DNA from: Bugula neritina
Taxonomy: Eukaryota > Animalia > Bryozoa
Direction of reading: 5' to 3'
DNA: 64,000 bases
Assembly: GCA_964035545.1 (NCBI GenBank)
Contig: OZ037765.1
Coordinates: forward strand, 18,724,995-18,788,994
In this document: in pieces, positions 55,701 through 64,000 of the stretch
Position numbering within the stretch: the first letter of the stretch is position 1
Layout: each line of letters starts with the position of its first letter
Made by a program: the position numbers and the translations under genes
The notes under the pieces: model-generated
Told to the model about the DNA's origin: nothing
The model's database searches: none
The model's input: the letters and a program-made list of their open reading frames with translations, nothing else

Positions 55701-58700
55701 CCGAAGCTCCAGGAATGCCTTCCTGGGGTGGTAGCCGACGTGTACCGAGCGAAACAGGAGGGGCGACGACCCAGTAGTACACAACGGCGACAGGGATGCG
55801 CCGAGTTACGGCTGTACTGTCAACGTTGGAGCTCTCTGCGGGTCGGGCCAGATGGTCTGCTAACCATGACCTTGGCCACCAACAGCAGACAGCCAGTCAG
55901 GAAGAGGGTTGTCTGCCCAGTTGCCATCCGCCGGAAGTTGATACAAGACACTCACGAGGAGACTCACGGAGGAGTCCAAGGGGTGGTCACCAAGCTACAA
56001 CTCCGGTGGTACTGGCCTAACATGGAACGGGATATCCGACGCAGAGTGAGACGGTGCAAAGTCTGCCAGACCAACAAGCATAGCCGTCTCCCTGGTGAAG
56101 TGGGGCGGCAGACGCATTGTGTGAGAAGGTCTCGGCAGGCGGAGACTGTCAACCTGGCCGGAAACACCTCCATGACACGTCAGGAAGACTTGGCGAGGCG
56201 AGAAAGGCCACTTCCGTCCTTGAAAGTGCGCCCACCGCCCCCAACGTCAAGCCTGCCATCATCACCACTTCCGGAACCAGAAACAGGTCCGGAAGTGCAA
56301 AAACCCCCCGTGGGAGGGGCTCCGCAAGGAGATGCCAACATAGGACCAGCACCACACACTAGGCAACTTCCAGCGTGTCTCAGAGACTGTGTACGTGACC
56401 GCGGTATAAGCGGCAGTAACAAAAGTCTAGAGAGGCCTCGCGTAGGAAAACAGGCAAAGAGCCGTGGGAGTTGTGATCACCACGAGAATCTCAACTTTTG
56501 CCTCGGCGGAATCTCACACGAGATTCATCCGCTGGAAGTGAAAAGCCCTAGTCACGTTTCACAACCACGCTGTCCGGTCTTTTCCTATGTTGATGCAGTC
56601 GAGAGTAGACGTGCCAGTAAACAGTAATCAGATACCACTTTCATTCCAAAATGTCTTACTATTCTGGATCGAAGGATCACACTCGAGTGACCACCTCCCG
56701 GTCACGAAACCAGCCAACCTCTCTGTCTATGGAAGAAGAGCCTGTAATGGAGAATGGCATACCAGTAGTACTCCGCCGACGACACCGTTGGGTGTCACCC
56801 ACGACAGAGAGGAGAATTGAAGAAGCCTGGGGACCCAGTGGACCACACCGAACCTGCCAGGTCTGCTTTGAGGAGTGCCCGTCGCACCGCTCCTTGCGTT
56901 TACATGTGGATGCCCATTTCCTACTCCACTTCTGTCCCTGCGGCTTCCACGACGTCTACCCGTATCCCGTGACAGTACATAAGCTAAGCTGCTTCGCCGG
57001 AGAGAACCACACTGTTGATGAAGACAGTTTCCCCCTATACCTGGATGCCATCAAACCAGTCATCAGGAAGGCTATTACCCTGGCCGCACTAACGTCAGGG
57101 TTTCACGTACTGATACTATCTGCCCGCCATAAGTCCCCTATGGTTCAGGGCCCACCTCCTACCCCCGTCAACCCTAGCGACACCCCAGAAGTAGAAGAAA
57201 CAACCATATCCCGTATCACGGAGACCCCCGTAACCCCACCAAGACCTAGCCAGCTGGCTAACGTAGAAGAGCGGCTTCTAAGACTGCAAGCCGAATTCAC
57301 ACAACTTGCCCCTGACTTGCTGGATACGACGACAGGTCTATACCAGTTGAAAGACTCAGTGGGACGACTGAAGAGGCGGCTACGGGCCCGACAGGCTCGA
57401 CACCGAGCACGGTCGCTACAAGAAGCAGAGTCCAACCAATGAGAATGCCTGGGGTAGGCACCTTCGTTGAGCTATAGCTCGTTTAGGATATGACGAGCGC
57501 TCCGACATTGGCCCGCGTGCTGGTAAGCACCCTCTCTCTTAATAGCTGACTAGATGTGTGTGATCGATCACCCTGTTGTCTTCTAATGTAAACGTTGTCG
57601 TGTTTAACTATTTCTTTTCTTACTCTTTGTGGGTTTACTTATGAATATTTCCTTTTTGGATTATTGTATGGTTTTTCATTATGTTTTTTATTATTGTGTT
57701 ATCAGAAAGTAGGGCTTTCTGCTGGGGGGGACGGTGTAGTGAGTAGTGCAAGTACAAATACAGGAATCGCCCTCTCCCTATTCTTGGAATACTTAGACTC
57801 TTATGTAGCAACCAATTAGCAGCTCCGGAAGATATGCTTCCGAGTCACGTGACACTTCCCGGGTTAATAAGATTATATCACGTTGTTGTAAGCGGAGGCT
57901 TGTAGTAGTAACATGTGTTAGTAGTTGACTCTTGTATAGGATAATTTGATGTGATGTTTGTTTTATGCTTTATTGTGGATAATAAATATAATTACTCGAC
58001 AGCTACCCTAGTAATTGATAACAGAATAACCAGCTAACTATACGCAAGTAAATAACTCACGCTCAGTAATTGCACAAATTACTACAATAGTAACATACAA
58101 TGTCCAAAGAACTGGAAAGCATAAATTGGTAATTTCAATATTATAAAACTTAGTCTGTGTTAACCACAACAGTTTTAGCACACTAACATGCTGAGAAATA
58201 GACATACCTGCAAGGAGAAAAATGTTACTGCTGGAACATCTTTGTAACTGCCATGTACTGTAAAATAACACATTTTATAATATTTCAACTTTAGGCCCAC
58301 TTATCACTGATAGTAGAAAATGCAATAATAATTTATTAAATTAGATTCTGCTAAAAAAATTGTACAACACACACTATTGAAACCAACAACCACTACAAAT
58401 ATTAGCAATGTGTTAAACTCACTTTTATACTCCTTGGCAGGGCTGTCTTCCTTAGCCCGAGACCATACAGTCATAGCAGAGTACGCTTTCTCAAACGCCC
58501 AACCACTCAAATCATTCTTAAGAATGCTGGTTTCATAGCTTTCTTCTGAAGAATCGTCCATCTTAAAACTGGCATTCTCTAGAGTGTTGGTAATCTTTGA
58601 AGTCTCAACTTCAGACATTTCTTCCTCAGGGCTTATTTCTGATGGTGTAGAGATATTTTCTTGAGGTAATTCTTTAACAGAACTCTCCTCTTCAGCAGCC

Positions 58701-59601
58701 TCACTTTGAGAGAACCAATCCTCATAAACCTGAGTGTTGGAGGCACTATCTACCTCAAAGCTTTGTGACTTCAACACGAACTGAAGTTCTTTCATGGCGC
58801 TGGAAGAAATATAGTAAATGTTGTCGTAATAGAATATTTATAGAAAATATACACTAGTTCAATGAATCGATTCATACAAATTGGTATGATGAAAAAACAG
58901 CGAAGCTAAATTTTAAAGTTAGTACCTAAAAGTGTTACACTGCAGGCATATTTCACAAAATATTCACATCTTGTAGGTTTGCTGTGCATTTTAGGCGCAG
59001 TAGTGAAGAAATTGAGAAAGCCTAAGTTCTTTCAATTTCTTTCTAAAATTTCAGTTTGGGACGCGGGTTGAAACCTTTGTGAGCACTTTTGCTACATTTT
59101 TAATCTAGAGCACAGGCTTTTCTCAATTTCTCCATTACTGCACCTACCTCGGATATAACCCACAACTTACATGGATACAATAAACATCGCTATTTACTTT
59201 CAAAGTACACAATGAATCTACCTTTCCAATTCTTCTCTTGTTACAGTCCTTTCCTCTTCATCAGAAACCGCACTGACTGCTTCCTCAGGAACTTCTGGCA
59301 CATGAAAGTCACTATGACAGAACCTTTCATAGAAAGTCCTTCTAAAGTCATATTTATCTAAGAGTGGAGGGTCGGGAGTTGATGAACATGTCCGTCGTGA
59401 GATTTTAGTCAAGGTTGAGTTACTAAGTAGTCTTTTGTTTCGCTGAAACTCAGCGAAGTTGGAGCTAGATAATGTACGGGTCGACTGTTTGAAACAGTTC
59501 TTCAGCCTTCTTGTAACCGAGTTACAGGCTGCATTAGCAACCGACTTGCTGGCTAAGCCAAGTGGTGCAAACACCATTGCTAGCTGAACTAGCTGGTGCA
59601 T
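49752..59601 (-). CDS. STARD7: STARD7-like START-domain lipid-transfer protein, paralog A. Exons 59601(or 59577)-59222, 58799-58423, 58257-58208, 52927-52794, 52163-52019, 51397-51322, 51015-50831, 49940-49752.
   Basis: The Arg/Ser-rich N-terminus resembles a mitochondrial presequence. The spliced START motifs IHGSYKDVPAVTFFSLQ..SRRKWD..ERIHW..REYIFLRR..RVKNYESRMLIQPH..ENGFDFVMVY..IPDMLSEVH parallel STARD7 (VFGTYTDV..RKKWD..RVRSYESQMVIRPH..ENGFDYLLTY..MPDFLEKLH). All joins are phase-compatible. Confidence 0.82.
50094..50249. mobile_element. MITE with ~29-bp TIRs bounded by TTAA
   Basis: TGTTAAAGAATTTCTGACCCACTTCATTT ... AAATGAAGTGTGTCAGGAATTCTTTAACA; a related inverted copy lies at ~46770-46926. 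Confidence 0.75.
50406..50820 (+). mobile_element. Solo LTR (415 bp), Gypsy-type
   Basis: TGTAAT...ACTACA termini, 4-bp TSD ATAT (50402-50405, 50821-50824) and an internal AATAAA. The 5' motif AGTAGTGCAA is shared with the LTRs at 53083/57735. Confidence 0.8.
51031..51110. repeat. (GT)n microsatellite
   Basis: Imperfect GT/GC run just upstream (minus strand) of an acceptor site. Confidence 0.88.
53083..53434 (+). repeat. 5' LTR
   Basis: TG...CA direct repeat of 57735-58086; AATAAA at 53329-53334. Confidence 0.97.
53436..53453 (+). other. Primer-binding site, complementary to a tRNA-Leu-type 3' end
   Basis: TGGTGGCAGCAGTGGGAT lies 1 nt after the 5' LTR. Its complement ATCCCACTGCTGCCACCA resembles the eukaryotic tRNA-Leu(AAG/TAG) 3' end plus CCA. 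Confidence 0.8.
53470..54420 (+). CDS. gag: Retrotransposon Gag with CCHC zinc knuckle (316 aa from ATG 53470)
   Basis: LKAPTFTG...FIQEF...W...LRMALTGKA capsid-type motifs; CWECGRPGHFQRNC knuckle. Confidence 0.92.
   Translation: MAEDGTELPIPLNEGERDNVDIPVEPVVLDEEVRILRGHGEDRYRLKAPTFTGEEAVEQFIQEFQDVMEIAEWPPRVALLKLRMALTGKAKPYGAGPDIDGIFASLRARFGISPIDARARLQRMRRDPHTSLEEHAATVYPLAQIAFRDLPPVHRERYTYDAFVQSINDLGLHHQLQARGVTTVEDALAVGEAYLLATHMHRNRVASRQVTTEHSTAHTEVNAEPSAVANVNQMSLVSKISQMTDMLDKLVTTLASPSQVDTAREPCGPQVQSPDMGHHFCWECGRPGHFQRNCPQLPPGLNYPGPQMFPPPAGRL
54369..54413 (+). other. Programmed -1 ribosomal frameshift signal (gag to pol)
   Basis: G_TTA_AAC in the gag frame (54369-54375), a 5-nt spacer, then a perfect 10-bp stem CGGCCCGCAG/CTGCGGGCCG; pol is in the -1 frame. 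Confidence 0.8.
54369..56627 (+). CDS. pol: Truncated Pol, reached by frameshift: aspartic protease plus integrase HHCC zinc-binding domain; no RT, RNase H or integrase catalytic core
   Basis: FLLDSGCTTNLL...AILGMPFL (protease, Asp codon at 54777); HEETHGG...WYWPNMERDIRRRVRRCKVC (integrase zinc finger). No YxDD, RNase H or D,D35E motifs occur in the 786-codon open frame. Confidence 0.88.
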   Translation, partial: VKLPRPADVPTSCGPSVNHPGRPARLSPRWAPRGDAVKWRPPRQVGSSHSPPGSSTPLRHQHGAGRRLTTEPARETVQAPQGVPPQPRQLVNSRRQPWTPRPTAREVQPRHTQLQPHGSSYFLPGKLAGKPANFLLDSGCTTNLLSRQFFDTLSAKVKDRLAPYEGDHGTLADGSCIPFYGIIELTGYVRNQAIQETFIVGQLNEDAILGMPFLQRHGCRIDFSKSAIIMGDKELACVDKFGRPLAGAVQVVRSCTIPGHSRATVRCKVDGGQTSKLGVVESTHSRVQLARSFSRLTGQGEISVQCVNPFSETVDLPPRSILGRFHPVQEEAIGPSSGATTEGPQQSPSRGRRTVPTHASPPPGTRGCTGNGKRQAMARLPHGYSEAFSHTDHGARLNRAGCREVPRAARTAPAQPLQQRADTPPEAAQSLRAKPVWAGNVGELPKLQECLPGVVADVYRAKQEGRRPSSTQRRQGCAELRLYCQRWSSLRVGPDGLLTMTLATNSRQPVRKRVVCPVAIRRKLIQDTHEETHGGVQGVVTKLQLRWYWPNMERDIRRRVRRCKVCQTNKHSRLPGEVGRQTHCVRRSRQAETVNLAGNTSMTRQEDLARRERPLPSLKVRPPPPTSSLPSSPLPEPETGPEVQKPPVGGAPQGDANIGPAPHTRQLPACLRDCVRDRGISGSNKSLERPRVGKQAKSRGSCDHHENLNFCLGGISHEIHPLEVKSPSHVSQPRCPVFSYVDAVESRRASKQ
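56651..57442 (+). CDS. Retroelement ORF3: tandem zinc fingers + Pro/Thr linker + leucine-zipper coiled coil + basic tail (263 aa); function unknown
   Basis: ATG 24 nt after the pol stop; C69-x2-C-x12-H-x3-H and C95-x-C-x12-H-x3-C; heptad L/F/V repeat near the C-terminus; no signal peptide. Confidence 0.75.
   Translation: MSYYSGSKDHTRVTTSRSRNQPTSLSMEEEPVMENGIPVVLRRRHRWVSPTTERRIEEAWGPSGPHRTCQVCFEECPSHRSLRLHVDAHFLLHFCPCGFHDVYPYPVTVHKLSCFAGENHTVDEDSFPLYLDAIKPVIRKAITLAALTSGFHVLILSARHKSPMVQGPPPTPVNPSDTPEVEETTISRITETPVTPPRPSQLANVEERLLRLQAEFTQLAPDLLDTTTGLYQLKDSVGRLKRRLRARQARHRARSLQEAESNQ
57724..57734 (+). other. Polypurine tract
   Basis: GGGGGGGACGG immediately before the 3' LTR. Confidence 0.8.
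57735..58086 (+). repeat. 3' LTR
   Basis: Direct repeat of 53083-53434, followed by the ATAG TSD. Confidence 0.97.
58992..59146. mobile_element. MITE with ~32-bp TIRs, TA-flanked
   Basis: TAGGCGCAGTAGTGAAGAAATTGAGAAAGCCT ... AGGCTTTTCTCAATTTCTCCATTACTGCACCTA. Confidence 0.75.
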
Positions 59602-61878
59602 GATTCTGCAAAAACCATAATTTTCTTTAACTTCAACAGGCAGCAAAAATGATGCTTAAAATAACTTTATAATAAACCTAAAGAGTGAAATTGAAACATG
59701 AAAAAAAGGCAGGCTAATTGCATTATTATTAGCTACTAGATTATATATTAAAAATTGTGAGAATTATGAATCTACAAAATTAATGTGAAAGAAATGCCAG
59801 CAGACTTACAATAGTTGATTTCAACACAGGTTATTTCAGGTAATTTGTGGAGAAAACAGTAAACATTCAGTGTAGTTCAAGAAATTAGTGACAGTTAATA
59901 CAGTCAATTGTTACACTCAACTACAACAAAGCTTAGCAGAATTGATCTCTGCTGCACTTATTCTCAGTCATCTACAATAATTATATTAAGGAATTTACTT
60001 TTTAAATAAATGAAATTCCATGATTATGTCATCATTTAGTAGAAATAAATTTGTTTGGTGTCTTACTAACTAAGGATAACAAGTAGTAAGAAGGACCGAA
60101 AGCAGTAATTCAAGGTTATTATGTAAACAGAATATAAGCAATAAATAATGCAATGTGCTCATATAATTCTATGATTTGCTACTTGCATAGGCTATTTTTA
60201 ATATAATTTATATTTATTAGCTTTCTTATACTACTATGTTTAGGGATGAGAAAACACTTACTATTGGTTCTCTATAGTACAGGCAAATAGTAATCATATT
60301 TCAAACTCATTCTTCTGCCACATTTATCTATCAAACTTGGTAGTTCTATCAACTTCTTAACTTTTATAAAACAACAAATACTCCAATTCAACAGCCCAAA
60401 ATTACTCGTGAGGTTATATTTTTTTCAAAATAAGCGACTGAAAAATGTTCTAATCACATCACCTGTGCATCTTGTCAAAGGTAAAATATGACCCATGCAC
60501 ATGCAGTAAACATGTAAACAAATACGATGTATGATTAAAGATTCAATTTTTAAAGTATTTCAACTAACAAGCAGAAAACAAGAATTGCTGACTTACCTAA
60601 TTTGATGCCTTCTGACCCAAAGAATTGACCAAAATTGTGGAAAAATATTTTAAATTAAATTCCAGACCAAAAATAAATACCTAAACTAAATCATAAAATC
60701 AGATATTAGTAAACTGGAAATATTCCGCAGCATGAATTTGTGATATTTAACTTACTTTATTGAAATAAAACCAGAGCAAAGCATCAGTTTAGCACCAAAT
60801 ATTTACACAAAAAATTGAATTTCTCAAACACTACAAAATATACATGATGAATAGTTCGATAGAAACCAAAATCAGAATTGATAATTTAATATATTTTTGC
60901 ATATAAAAAATCATTGGCACCCAGAATATGTACATAAAAATCACATCAGTTTGCATATATTATATATCGGTGTGGGACTATCGAGACTGAAGTAGGTGGA
61001 GCATTACTAAAGGAGTTGCATCTCATAGCCTCTGATTATAGACTCTAAACTTCTAGGGGAGGAGATGACTCCAGACGTCTTACTAGTCTAGAAGATAGAA
61101 AGATGGTTAGGTGTGACAGAGTGAAGACAGTAAAATACAGTGTTATAGCATTGGCATAATTTCATATGTACATTTCATATATCTGACAGACTGTAGAGTG
61201 CAAGGAAAATTATACAAAGCCAAGTAGTGTTGATTATTGTAAATCGAGAAAGCATGTTCAGGAGTCAATAGCCCATATGTGGAGAAACAAATTTACAGCA
61301 TAAATAAAAAATCATTGCAATTTTATAGTTTAAAGTCTACATAAGAGGCTAGCATGACAAGATGTAATGATTTGGCATTTAGGTGATATAAACTTTTTTG
61401 ATAACCCAAAAACACTGAATCACATCTATCTTCAGCTCAACTTAGCAGAATATGTCCCAAAAATATGGAATTATTGACAACTTTATTAAAGTTTCTGACT
61501 TTATTCGATAAGATTTCATTCATTATTCTTGCAAATAGGACTAGGGAGGCAAATGGTGTCTATTCCATCACAATTTCCAAACTTACGATTTCCGAAACTA
61601 TAAAAAAAAACTACTCTTGTAGAAAATTATCGAGCTGGGCTAACAAAATTTCAAAATTCAGCCAATGAGAGTATATTCCCTGAACGCTAAATAACTAAAT
61701 AACTTGACAGGGAAAAGCAGGCATCAGGAACCTGTACTTGAATTATCTTGATACTTCTATCGATAAGTTTCAGCTTTGAGAAGATTAGTTTCAAAAACTT
61801 GTGATGAAATAGAGACTATCATGCCAAACAATAAAGGAAAACTCGAAACACTGTTGAAATTGGGCAACTCAGTCAAGA

Positions 61879-63305
61879 TTAGTGCTCCAAGTACTGCTTT
61901 GCTAATAAACTAGATTCGACTGCGAGACTACAGTCACACTGACCTCGATTAGACTCTGAGTAGTTACGGTGAACTCGTTTGAGCGGTATAGGTGTGAACT
62001 TTCTTTCGGTGAAAATGGAATGTAGATATTTGCTAAGATCAGGTAGCTGGGATGGAGGCTGGATTTTATGGATAAGTATGGGTCTGGCAGGGTTGGTAAA
62101 GGTGGAGTCATCAATTGCCTGTAACAAAAAAGTAGAGTTAATATGACTAACTGTACAATACTGTTGTACAGTTATTTAATTTTTCTTGTAACTTCAATAA
62201 TGATTATATTTAACAAACAATTGTTTTACAATAAAATATTTTCAATACAGAAGCTTATATAAGATACATTCAGATTACAAACATATGGCTGAAACATCCG
62301 CAGGCCTGAGAATTCACTTAAATTTCAGCACTTTCAGTAAATATTCATAAGAAAATATCACTTCAAGTTGATTTCTATAAATAATACATTAAAAGTTGGC
62401 TGATTGTGATATCTCAACAGGAAGTGACTCATGACACACTTCTTATGTCGTGAGAGAGTGACTAAAAAAATATAATTAATTCACAAAACAAAGCGTTAGA
62501 GGTTATGCTCTTAAACCTGCTACTCGAAATAAGGACTTATATCCACTCAGCCCACTTCATACCCAACATCTCACTTTATTGCTGTTTAGTTACAGATAGC
62601 ATGACCTAAAGGTTATAACCAATAACTACCCGCTGCCAAAAGCAATTATAAGAGCAGAAAAAAACTCACAGTCAACTTTGGGGTAGGAAAAGGATTTTTG
62701 TCATGACAATCGCCTGGAGATTGTTCTTCATACCCCAACAAGCCACCGGGTGATTGCTTATCTAGTGCTAGCTTCTGCCTTAATAGAGCCTCTTCTATGA
62801 AACCATGTAGCTCCTTTACTCGAGCATCTCCACATGTAGAAAGATCTGAATTCGCTGCTTTCAGCGCTCTGTAGTTGGACATTACCAATGAACTTTCTTG
62901 ACACACAGTTGACAGAAATCGTGGCAGACCTACACAGGTGAAACATATTATATGGTTACATTGTAGAGGTGAATACTCTGTCAGACCAATAGATCCGTGT
63001 ACCAGACTGAAAAGATGGATTTGGAGACATTGGCAGATGTTGATGTCAAGGTTGCTGAAATCTTTAAATAACTTACATTATTACCGTAGAGTATGATCTA
63101 AGCTTATTTAGCTGCTCATCAATAAATGAAAATAAAAATTTCATTATATCTATGGCTTTTTATCAACATACCTAATGTGACTCAAAAACCCAATGATATG
63201 AATTGGATCAAAGTATTTACCATTTCTCACTACTTTTTTGAGAGCATAATCAGGCATCCTGGTTTTAGTATCGTCTATATAAGTCATGATGTAGTCGAAG
63301 CCATT
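61879..63305 (-). CDS. STARD7-like paralog B, 3' exons 63305-63221, 62929-62670, 62118-61879; the 5' part lies beyond the window
   Basis: Spliced NGFDYIMTYIDDTKTRMPDYALKKVVRNG|LPRFLSTVCQES matches the START C-terminus of STARD7 (NGFDYLLTYSDNP...SSGMPDFLEKLH). Exon boundaries and phases match paralog A. Confidence 0.78.
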
Positions 63306-63779
63306 CTGAATAGAAAAGAAAAATTGCTGAATATACATTGACAGCAGTATAACATGTAAAGAAAAAAAGTTACACCGGTCTACAATAAAATGGAAGATTG
63401 AATTTGAATAAAATAGCAGAAGGTAAATTAAAACTTTAACAATAATTTGGTCTTGTAGATCACCAACCAAAAGATTCTACAATTCATAAATTAGAATAGG
63501 TTGTACTATAAACTTATTTTACAATGAAAATTGTAATTTTTATACTTTTGTTTATAATTTTTCCAACATGTGATCAAAGCAAAATAGCTTTTGTGAAGCC
63601 AACATTTTAAAGTCGCCGCAAACTGTTTGCTTTAGCAAGTATGACTTGAATTTGATGTGTCTTAAAAATAGTTTCTTTCAACTAGAAAACACTAAAAACA
63701 AAATAGTTTGCGTTGATCTACATGATAATTTAAAAAAAAACCCGTTATATTTTTATGACTAAAAAATTCATCAGCTACA

Positions 63780-63950
63780 GCTGCGGTTAAGTAATTGGAG
63801 CACTGGTCTAAAGTGCTAAGTCATAGGTTTGAAGCCCAACAGAGTCAGTGGTGATGTAAAGAAAAGCATCTAGTCATAATTACTCCTGCACTACTTAAAC
63901 ACAATTCTTAGTTTGCTTTAAAACCCCTACCATCAGGGGTTCTCACAAAG
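63780..63950 (+). mobile_element. Degenerate tRNA-derived SINE copy (same family as 43570-43755)
   Basis: B-box-like GGTTTGAAGCCC and the shared 3' AAAACCCCTACCATCAGGGGTTCTCACA. Confidence 0.55.
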
Positions 63951-64000
63951 ATAAGATAATTAAATTTTAAACAAATGTGAGAGTGTATAGAGTATAGACT

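Larger units (their letters stand above)
53083..58086 (+). mobile_element. Full-length, very recent, non-autonomous Ty3/Gypsy-type LTR retrotransposon (5,004 bp): gag, truncated pol, ORF3
   Basis: Two 352-bp LTRs (TGTAGT...ACTACA) with no differences found by eye; TSD ATAG (53079-53082, 58087-58090); PBS, PPT and three + strand ORFs; GC-rich interior contrasting with the host DNA. Confidence 0.97.

Noticed and set aside
53430-57435. Many overlapping or antisense short ORFs inside the LTR element
   Set aside because: These are expected in GC-rich coding DNA, and none shows a recognisable motif.
56651-57442. ORF3 as an envelope gene
   Set aside because: No signal peptide or C-terminal TM anchor, and too short. 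The only hydrophobic stretch (ITLAALTSGFHVLILSA) is central and marginal.
63003-63061. Extra exon of STARD7-like paralog B
   Set aside because: The frame needed to join the next exon contains a stop. Direct splicing from 63221 to 62929 gives the expected START sequence.

Overview
AT-rich, intron-rich animal DNA, probably invertebrate (the taxon cannot be fixed from this window). Genes, left to right: the 3' coding exons of a Shab/Kv2 potassium channel (+); a two-exon Id/extramacrochaetae HLH gene (+) surrounded by BMP/Smad-type elements, a CRE and E-box clusters; a strongly diverged SCYL2-like (pseudo)kinase (-); RPP40 (-); and two tandem STARD7-like START-domain genes (-; the second is cut by the window end) that share an unexplained C-terminal domain. 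The most striking feature is a 5,004-bp Gypsy-type LTR element (53083-58086) in a STARD7-like intron. Its two 352-bp LTRs look identical, and it has an ATAG target-site duplication, a tRNA-Leu-type primer-binding site, intact gag and a -1 frameshift signal. Its pol frame stays open but keeps only the protease and the integrase zinc finger; RT, RNase H and the integrase core are gone. It also carries a third, non-env ORF with two zinc fingers, a long leucine zipper and a basic tail. Also present: a solo LTR, a non-autonomous hAT element, MITEs, SINE and LINE relics, and minisatellites. All exon structures and family calls were made by eye; no database searches were run.
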